A model generated the notes under the pieces. The model had not been told where the DNA came from and ran no database searches. It saw nothing but the letters and a program-made list of their open reading frames with translations. Below are positions 1 to 8,834 of a stretch of DNA of 20,000 bases, piece after piece (position 1 is the first letter of the stretch; each line of letters begins with the position of its first letter). The position numbers and the translations under genes were made by a program. Origin of the DNA: Alloascoidea hylecoeti (taxonomy: Eukaryota); NCBI GenBank assembly GCA_001600815.1, contig BCKZ01000022.1, forward strand, positions 331,855-351,854, in the 5' to 3' direction.

Positions 1-219
1 TATGCTGCTTTGGCCATATGGATCAAATGAAGCACCATTAGACGACTGATAAACGTTGAATCCTTGAAGTGCATAAGGGTTAAAATTTTGAGCTCCTTGA
101 AGTGCATAAGGATTAATTGGAGGTCTGTATGCAGTAGTACTCTTAGCACGTATTTTATCCGTTTCTTGTTGGATTTTTGGATCCACTCCAGAAGGTTTAG
201 ATGAGTTATTAGAAGACAT
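1..219 (-). CDS. 5' part of an unknown protein running off the window edge (73 codons visible)
   Basis: ATG at 219-217 in an AAAAATG context; frame open to position 1: MSSNNSSKPSGVDPKIQQETDKIRAKSTTAYRPPINPYALQGAQNFNPYALQGFNVYQSSNGASFDPYGQSSI. The internal repeat has an in-frame 33-nt period. Confidence 0.6.
   Translation of the reverse strand, partial: MSSNNSSKPSGVDPKIQQETDKIRAKSTTAYRPPINPYALQGAQNFNPYALQGFNVYQSSNGASFDPYGQSSI
61..111. repeat. Direct repeat TCCTTGAAGTGCATAAGG x2 (period 33) encoding the NPYALQG repeats
   Basis: Identical 18-mers at 61-78 and 94-111. Confidence 0.9.
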
Positions 220-2664
220 TTTTAGAAAATATTTCGTTGATTTGTTTTGAATATGAAGTAAGGAACTTCTGGATATTTGAGCAAAGGCGTGGATTTATGG
301 AGTATTTATGTTATTTGGGAATAATAATAAAAGAGGCAGTGGGTATCAAGTCGAAGTTACAATTAAAATCTATTCAATTTTGATTTTTTAGAAAGCTAAT
401 TATTGTTTCATTAATGTTATTTAGGTAGTAAATTAGTAATTCTGTAAAAAAAGAATCATATACCGGTATATGTTTACAGCAGGTCTTGTAATTTGATACC
501 CCGCAACATATTTTTATAAAAATAAATAGTCTCCCCCTTATTTAAGAAAGAGGACTGAATTTTTATTTTTTATATATTTTTGTTATAATTCATCATTTTC
601 ATTCAGTATTATTCTGATTAATTATAGATTTTTATTCATTCATTAGTAGTATTAGTCTTATTATCAGTATTATCCGTTCTCAGTTTAGTTTATTACTCTT
701 TATCTATTTATAATTTTATATATACACATTACTTTTTGTAAATTTTGTTCTATACGTATTTATTAGGAAATACTATAGTAATAAACGAGGCAGTGGAAAA
801 TGGCGTCATATTGATAATCAAAAAAACTCTGCTCTCATGAGAACCAATAATATTAATATTTATTTCACCACTTTTCAGATCTACTAGCTAGACGTCATAT
901 TTCTATAAAAAACATATTTTTATATTACACTAATTTTTCTCATATCATTATATTTACACACTTTTGATATATCTTTATTGTACACAATTTTTATTATATC
1001 TTGTTAACAACTTTGTATTAGCATAATTGTTATATATTTTTAAACATTTTTAATACACTTATTTGTATTGTTATACTTTTGTTGTTATTTATGAACTATA
1101 AGTATTAAAACTTGATGGTTCCGTAGAATTAAATTGAATTTTAGCCTTATAAGATCTAATTCTCACAATATCAAGTTGGAATTATAATTAAAGTGTACTC
1201 AATCTTGGCTTTTTGGATGTTGTAAATTAATATACTGGGTTGGATTTGAACTAAATATTTGGCCAATGTACATATGTGTCAGCATATTTCAAGCTCTAGC
1301 TATAGACACATTAACTTAAGTGTCATAGATTACCATGGGGACATATCATTTTTAATAGTCTTTGAAAAAGAAAAAAAGAGTAGTGTGGTATTTTTGAACT
1401 TGTCACGAATATAACGTGGGTAAATATAATTTTCGTCTCTAAATGATCGAATATTTAATGTAGAATGGCCCACTTATAAGTGTAAATATTAAGCTTGAAT
1501 TTTCTCATCTTCGCTTTTATACTAAGGACTCAAAAGAAAGCCATCAGCTAAATCAATTAACAGCACCGGAAATAATCCTATGATGGAATTGACTGAGAGT
1601 ATTAACTCTGTGAATATTGAAGAAGACTGTGCTTCACATTATGGTGCAACGGGAAGATTGAGTATTATTATAAAAGATCCTATATTGGCACAGGTTTATT
1701 TTTTAACAAATTCCGATATTTTCAATTTAAAACAACTGATACTAAAAAGAAAAACGAGCCAGACCTTATTTACGGACACACTATTGATTTTCAGTCGATT
1801 TTGCATCAAATATATGAAAGTATTCCTTCGTCATTTGCTTCCTATTACAGTGTACTCTTTTAATTGATGTTTTTGATAAAGTAATGTAAAGTAACGAAAA
1901 CTAAAAGTAAAATATTAAAAGATTAAATTGAAAAGATTAATAATGAGATTAGAGAGTTTAATACTGCCAAATATAGGAAGGTGATAATGCTTCTAGTCGG
2001 TAGAATAATGGTATTAAAGAGATTGAATACTGGATGACGTACCCTAAGCTAAACAGACGATCCCATTGTGAAAACTGTGCACGGAAAGTTGTTAACGCCC
2101 GAGCTGCAGCCGCCATTATTGGAATATGCATATGCATATCATATTTCCTTACTTCTCTGTAAAGTAGCAATGGTACAGTTGTGAGTAAGTCTCTCAGAAC
2201 AAGTAATCAGATGGTTTAAGTCGTATGAGTTTTCCTTTTAAACCCCTTTTATATATTCTTATCCTTTATCCCTTTAACGATTTCAACCATCGAACAACTA
2301 AATTATATTATTCTGAATATTATTATCGTTATACATTATTATTATTTGCTCATTCTATAATTATATACATTCAATACGCATTTTTTATTTTATATTAAAA
2401 ACACTTATTACAAGAAGATTAGCAGTTGTTAGACTTTTAGTCACAACAGTACTATGCATATAAATCTTTTTTCCTTCATAAAAATAATTTTTCTGAACAT
2501 GATCAGGAACATAGAATTACAACTTCTTCCATTACTAATTCTTATTGTGAACTTAAGTACTTTTAGTTTTGGGCTATCACACAGAAAGGTGGATCTGATT
2601 TTATTTCCTATAAATATCATCAACTTTAATTTCATTTCATGTTTGTATACATGGTATAAGGTTA

Positions 2665-2748
2665 TATTAAAAAATACGGCAGTTCATAGTTTTATTAAAA
2701 AATACGGCAGTTCATAGTTTTATTAAAAAATACGGCAGTTCATAGTTT
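2665..2748. repeat. Perfect tandem repeat, 3 x 28 bp TATTAAAAAATACGGCAGTTCATAGTTT
   Basis: Identical copies at 2665-2692, 2693-2720 and 2721-2748. Confidence 0.95.
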
Positions 2749-3390
2749 TTGTTTCTTATTTCTCTGATGAATTATCTCTAGTAATATTCTCACATTTGCC
2801 ACCTACAACTTTACTCGGTTGTAGAATAGTATATCTAATTCATGGAAACAAATAGTTGACAGCTATAGTGATGATATATGTAGATCAAAGTTTCAAGATC
2901 AAAAATATTAGAAATATTATAATGATAATTCAGAAACTGATTCATGGTATGAATTATATAAGGAACTTCGTCTTTAAATCAAATTGGAAAAAAATGATAA
3001 ATTTACAAAGAATAAATTAATTGGTCATACTAATAATACAGTTTGTATTAAATTTTTTAAAAATTAGATTTTGACTCGTTCAGCAGATTACACAATAAGA
3101 ATTTGGGACAGTGAAACATTTTTAAGAGTTATAAGTGAACCAAATATCGAGTTTTTATTACAGTTAGGAGTAGATATTGGTTTCTGGTTCATGGGATGGG
3201 ACTTGTATAATTCGGAGTTTACCAGATTTTGAGCTAATAGATCGTTTCATAATTCCAAAAGTTAGAGCTTCCTCTTCTGTCGATAGTCTCGCTTTATACA
3301 ATGGTTATACTGTATGTTGTAATCATTCTATTACGATTTAGAAACCAAGTCTTGATAATTTAAAACACAATTTTAAAGGAGATGGTTAAT
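2736..3390 (+). pseudogene. Decayed F-box/WD40-repeat protein gene
   Basis: F-box-like FVSYFSDELSLVIFSHLPPTTLLGCRIV, frameshift (~2832), then SNSWKQIVDSYSDDI. Linker SWYELYKE. WD40 repeats LIGHTNNTVCIKFFKN*ILTRSADYTIRIWD and, after another frameshift, ILVSGSWDGTCII. In-frame TAG at 2909-2911 and 3065-3067. Confidence 0.8.
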
Positions 3391-3576
3391 ATCCAAGTAA
3401 TCAGATAAACTGCTTTTAGTTTGCGGAGATGACGTTACACAAAATATGCCGGCAATGCTTATATAGAATAAACTTGACCCTCGTTGCCCACTGAATGGAA
3501 TCAATCTTCAGTAATAATATCTTTGGAGTAAATATCATACCGTAATGTGTAAATTAAATCACTAAGTATATACCTA

Positions 3577-3655
3577 TTACCCGGCTCTTACGTAGAAAAG
3601 TGAAATTTTTCTTGTTAGTGTTAAATTATACTCATCTCTGTACCGTGAAAATTTT
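3577..3655 (+). promoter_or_regulatory. Ribosome-biogenesis-type promoter of UTP21: Reb1-like site, RRPE and PAC-core motifs
   Basis: TTACCCGG 3577-3584; TGAAATTTTT 3601-3610; CTCATC (reverse GATGAG) 3631-3636; TGAAAATTTT 3646-3655, all just upstream of ATG 3688. Confidence 0.7.
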
Positions 3656-3687
3656 ACTGATTTTACCTAAATTCTTTTTTTCATATC

Positions 3688-6613
3688 ATGGTTTCTGAAA
3701 TAGTTAATCATACTGATGATGATCAAGTATCAAAAAAGAGAAAAGTTGAACAAGACATTGTGAAAAAGGAATCTCGTCCTTCAAGAATATTTGCTCCATT
3801 TAGGGTAAGTGAAAAATAATCATAGATTTAAAAATATTATATTGATATGATTTATTAAAACTAATAATGATTATTAGGTGATAGGAAATGTAACAAATGA
3901 AATACCATTTGCTGTAGCTTCTCTAGGTGATCAATTTTATATTACAACAAGTGTTGGTCGTTCTTTCCAAATATATGATGCTGCAACATTAAGATTATTA
4001 TTTGTTTCAAATACACAAACAAGTTCAAAAATAACTTGTTTACATGCTCATTTCCATTATGTATTTGCAGCATGGGATAATACCATTGGTATCTATAAAA
4101 GAGGTAAATTAGAACATACTTTAATATGTGGTGAAGATGAAGATGATGAAATTTCAATTAAAAATAATGGCCCAATTAAAAATTTATTATTACTTGGTGA
4201 ATATTTAATTGCAACAACTTTACATAAGATTTTTATTTTTAAAAAAAATCCATCAAAATCTGATTTAAAATATCCAACTGATTTATATACAATAATAAAT
4301 GTTTCTTCATTAAATGGTGATATTAAAGGAATTTCTCATCCACCAACATATTTAAATAAAATTGTTATAATGACAACTAATAATTTATTAATATTTAATA
4401 TACGAACCGGGAAATTATTATTTACATCTTCTGAAATTTCACCAAATTCTATTTTAACATGTATTGAATCTTCACCAATGCTTGATATAATTGCATTAGG
4501 TACATCAAAAGGTGAAATAATTTTTTACAATATTAAAAAAGGAAAAATCACAAGAAAAATAGATACAAGGGAAGCAGTTAGTTCAATTTCTTTTAGAACA
4601 GATGGTTCCAGTCATATTGCAGTTGGTTTAAATAATGGTGATTTATTATTTTATGATTTAGATCGTAAAAAAAGAGTTCATTTATTATCAAATGCTCATA
4701 AAGAACATTTTGGTGGAATTATAAAAGTACAATTTTTAAATGGTCAACCAATTATTGTTACAACAGGTGGTGATAATCATTTAAAAGAATATGTTTTTGA
4801 TCCTCCTTTATCAAATGGTGATATTTCAATTTCTTCTCCTCCAAGATTATTAAGATTTCGTGGTGGTCATTGTTCACCCCCATCAAGAATATTATTTTCA
4901 GATTTAGAATCACATTTTTTATTATCTTCTTCAAGAGATCAATCATTTTGGGGTTTTTCTTTAAGAAAAGATGCTCAAAGTCATGAATTTTCTCAAAAAT
5001 TACAAAAAACTGGTGGTCAACGTGTGGCAGGACTAACAAATAATTTAAAACAAAAATTTAATGAAATTATTGATATTGCTTATGAAGGTACTCGTGAAGG
5101 TGAATGGGAAAATATTATAACCGCTCATTTAGATGAAACTTTTGCAAGAACATGGGATAGACAAAAAGCAAGAGTTGGTAGATGGACTTTACCAACTGTT
5201 GATGGTAGTTTTGCTAAAGCCGTTGCCATATCTTCATGTGGTAACTTTGGTATAGTTGGTTCAGCTCAAGGTGGAATTGGTGTTTATAATTTACAAAGTG
5301 GTATCTTAAGGAAAAAATTTGTAAATGTTCATAAAAGCTCAATTACTGGTGTTGCAATTGATGGATTAAATCGAGTAATGATATCTACTTCTTTAGATGG
5401 AACAATTAATTTTTATGATTTTGGTCGAGGTGTTCATACTACAAGAATGCGTTTATTAGCTCCTATTAATTCAATGGTATATCATAGATCATCAGATTTA
5501 TTAGCAGTAGCTTTGGATAATTTATCCGTTACTGTTATTGACTTAACTACAAAGAAGAAGATTAGAGAATTATGGGGTCATTCAAATAGAATAACATCAC
5601 TTGATTTTACACCAAATGGTCGATGGATCATATCGGCATCTTTAGATTCCACAATTAGAACTTGGGATTTACCCACTGGTGGATGTATTGATGCTGTTAA
5701 AGTTGATAATGTTGTTACACAATTAAAAGTTAGTCCTACTGGTGATATGTTAGCAACTATCCATGTTAGCGGTGTTGGAATTGGTTTATGGACTAATAGA
5801 GCTCAATTTAAAAATATTTCTACAAGACAAGTTAATGAAGATGAAATAAATGAAATCACATTACCTAACGTTTCAGGTGAAGGATCCAAAGGAATACTAG
5901 ATGGTGTTTTTGATAATGATGAAGATGCAGAAAATTTTATTACAAGTAATCCTATAGATAATCAAATTGAACAACTTCATGATGATTTAATTACATTATC
6001 AGTTGGACCAAGAATAAAATTCAATACACTTGTTCATTTAGATGCAATTAGATTGAGATCGAAACCAAAAGAAGCACCAAAGAAACCTGAAAAGTTACCT
6101 TTTTTCTTACAATTTGGTGATAAAAATAAAATTGGAACTATAAATGGCGCTGATACTGGAAAGAAAGATGAACCATTTTCCATTACACAAGGTGTTAAAC
6201 CAACGAATAATGAATCTCTTAGATTTGAATCAGAATTTACTAAAAAATTGCGACTTGGAAATGATACTGGATCATTTAAACAATTTTTAGATTATTTGAA
6301 AGGATTATCTCCATCTTCAACAGATATGGAAATTAGAACCATTAATCCTTTAGAATCATTAGATGAATTAATTTGGTTTATTAAGGCAATGTCTAATGGA
6401 TTAAAATCAAATATAAATTTTGAATTAATTGAAGCTTGGATAAGAATACTTTTAAAATGTCATGGTGATGCTATATTAGAAAATTATAATAAAAATAAAG
6501 AATTGAAGGAAACAATAAGTGAATGGGAAACATTACAAGAAAATTCTATTAATAGATTGGATTATCTTGTAAAATATACTTCAACAGTTTCAAACTTTTT
6601 ATCATCATTTTAG
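3688..6613 (+). CDS. UTP21: U3 snoRNP/SSU processome WD40 protein Utp21 (WDR36); exons 3688-3804 and 3878-6613, 950 aa
   Basis: Exon 1 MVSEIV...SRIFAPFR joins in frame to VIGNVTNEIPF, the conserved Utp21 N-terminus. Multiple WD40 repeats and the Utp21 C-terminal motif KPKEAPKKPEKLPFFL. Confidence 0.95.
3805..3877 (+). other. Spliceosomal intron of UTP21 (73 nt)
   Basis: GTAAGT donor, AACTAAT branch point (~3859-3865), TAG acceptor; phase 0 restores the frame. Confidence 0.9.
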
Positions 6614-8080
6614 TCAAAATTTAAATACTGTATAACTAGGCTAGTATGATAGAGATATAACTATAGATTTTTAACGGGTACTGCTCTAATTTTTATGATA
6701 CATTTTCTTTCTTTTCTGGATAATGTATTGTTCAATTCATTAATGTACGGAATAAATGAAGAAACATGTAAAGTAAAAGAAAATATAGCTAGCTAACTTA
6801 TAATGATGTAACCTATAGCTGTAATCCATTAATTTAATTGCTCTTTTTATGATAATTCTTCTCATATTATATAATTTTTAAATTTTCGAAACATTTTTTT
6901 TAATTGAAAGTTAATTTTAGTGTAATATGCATACATATATCACTTATAAATGTTTTTTTTTGGTAAGCTTCGACCTAGTGCAGGGTATTCAAATCATCAG
7001 AACATCCAAATGGTAATTTTAGCAAATATTTTTTGCTTAGCACCGATAGTTGGTACCGAAAAACATGTACTTAATGTAATTATAAAATCAAAAAAAGATT
7101 ATAAATTTAGCATGGACGAATAGTTTCTCAAATGGGGGCGAATATAACGCAAACTACTATATATTTAATCAATAGTATGGAAACCAATAGTATAGTAACC
7201 TGTCTATAGAAATAAATCAAATAGAAAATTAGTTATTTTCTTTTTTTGCCAAATTGCCACTGACTCATTAATTGAAGATTATATTTGAAGTTCGATTAAA
7301 CGCTTATTGCAAATGCTTTTTCAAATTATGATGATCAATTAAATATATAAATCTCTATATATATTAAATAATTCAAAGCTAGTATCTAATTAATATATTA
7401 ATTCATCAGAATAAATGGTTATTTCATTGCTCTGTCCCAAGAATTCAATATACTGTATTTGGTAACGTTTTCAAAACTTTCCTGCATATGAACTCACACT
7501 TACAGCCGTATCAAGATTAACCGGACGCTTTTTTCTCCTGTTCTACTCTAAAAGCCCATCCGAAGAACGCTTATAAAAATCATGGATAAAAGACTTTGCT
7601 TTGAATTTAAAGGGCCTTTTCTGATTGTAAATAATCAAGGGAATAGAATTATGTGGTATATGCATACAAATATGTTATGCTTAAGCAGGAGAATCACCTA
7701 TACTGAAGGATGTAAGAACTTTTGGATTTTACCATCGTTGGTGTTTGTGGAGTAGTGAAGAAGACTATGAATCATACGTTCTAGAGAAGATACTTGTAAA
7801 GAATACGTCTATTTTTATAGGAGTAAATTAATTAATTATATCTATAGGTCAAAAATAATATACAAAAATGAAGAGAAATTGAATAATCAAGATTATAATT
7901 CATCTATATAATGAAACCTTCAAACTCCAACCTTTTTAGAAGTAAAATTTAAAAGGTTTATACTTAGTATTACCATTAAAAAATTGCATTCATATGGTGA
8001 TTTCATATTTAGAAAGATCATATATCTGAATTAGTAGAAAGATCAAATATATGTTATAGAAAGTGTCTGGTGGAGTATGA

Positions 8081-8306
8081 TTAAGCAATGACACAATTCT
8101 TTGGCATAATATTTCCGTCGTAATTAGAATGGTAATCTATAATTAGATATCTCATTAGTTATATAATCAAATATATTGAATATAGCTAGTGCTAGATTGT
8201 GTATTGAGAATAGTTTCAAAGAATATAATTATAACTTACTTTGCCACCAGAACATGTCTTTATCCTCTGGGGCTTCTTTTCTAGATGAATCATTTCTGTA
8301 GGCCAT
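8081..8306 (-). CDS. Putative a-factor-type (CAAX lipopeptide) mating pheromone precursor, 40 aa; exons 8306-8240 and 8136-8081
   Basis: ATG in a CAAAAATG context. Exon 1 ends at GTAAGT (8239); AACTAAT branch point (8160-8154); TATAG acceptor (8137). Spliced product MAYRNDSSRKEAPEDKDMFWWQNYHSNYDGNIMPKNCVIA* ends in the CVIA CAAX box and contains N|Y sites. Confidence 0.85.
8137..8239 (-). other. Spliceosomal intron of the putative pheromone gene (103 nt, phase 1)
   Basis: GTAAGT...AACTAAT...TAG, the same signals as the UTP21 intron. Confidence 0.85.
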
Positions 8307-8416
8307 TTTTGTAGTAGTGGTTGATATAATTAAATTGTTTTTAATTTTAATTTAATAAATAAAAGAAGGGAATTAGTCTCTTATTAATAATTAATCACAA
8401 CAGTGATAAAACTACA

Positions 8417-8542
8417 TTTATAACCATAATAGGATTACAATTAATCTTATAATTATTATAATTATTATAATTAATTCTATATATGTCTCGAAACAATTGA
8501 ATATAGAAGACACATAAACGGAATTGTAAAATTCTTGAAACA
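8417..8542 (-). promoter_or_regulatory. Putative mating-gene promoter: TATA, Mcm1 CArG box, HMG-type ACAAT motifs, Ste12 PRE
   Basis: TATAAA (minus) 8422-8417; CCATAATAGG = CC(A/T)6GG at 8424-8433; ACAAT 8437-8441; AACAAT 8492-8497; TGAAACA 8536-8542; near-PRE CGAAACA 8489-8495. Confidence 0.6.
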
Positions 8543-8834
8543 GAAATTTAGGTGATTTTTAAAACCTTAAGCTATAATTGTATTCAAATGAGCTTAGGGT
8601 TAAACTTATAAATCTGATATGCATACATCAATTTGTTGTTAGTTATACATATTTACTATGATGGATATTCTAAATTACATTCAAATAAAAGTTAAGAAGA
8701 TGTAGAAATAATAAAAAAAAAAAAGGGTTTTCACATACTTAAGAGTTAAACGCAGGTGGTGCTCAATCGCCGAAGTAGGTAATTATGGACTCTTTCATGC
8801 ATACTACTGCATATTTGAATAAACCATCTACTCA

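Noticed and set aside
1580..1867. 95-aa ORF (+)
   Set aside because: No recognisable motif or supported exon structure; cannot be distinguished from a chance ORF
2441..2717. Overlapping 64-aa (-) and 87-aa (+) hydrophobic ORFs
   Set aside because: I/L/F/N/K-rich translation typical of AT-rich non-coding DNA; the plus ORF runs into the tandem repeat
2665..2748. 28-bp repeats as a CRISPR array
   Set aside because: Copies are contiguous with no spacers, and the context is eukaryotic
8563..8602. TTAGGGTTA (8594-8602) as a telomeric relic or minus-strand TAACCCTAA template
   Set aside because: Single 9-mer that forms one arm of a local inverted repeat with 8563-8573; structure evidence nearby favours the plus strand
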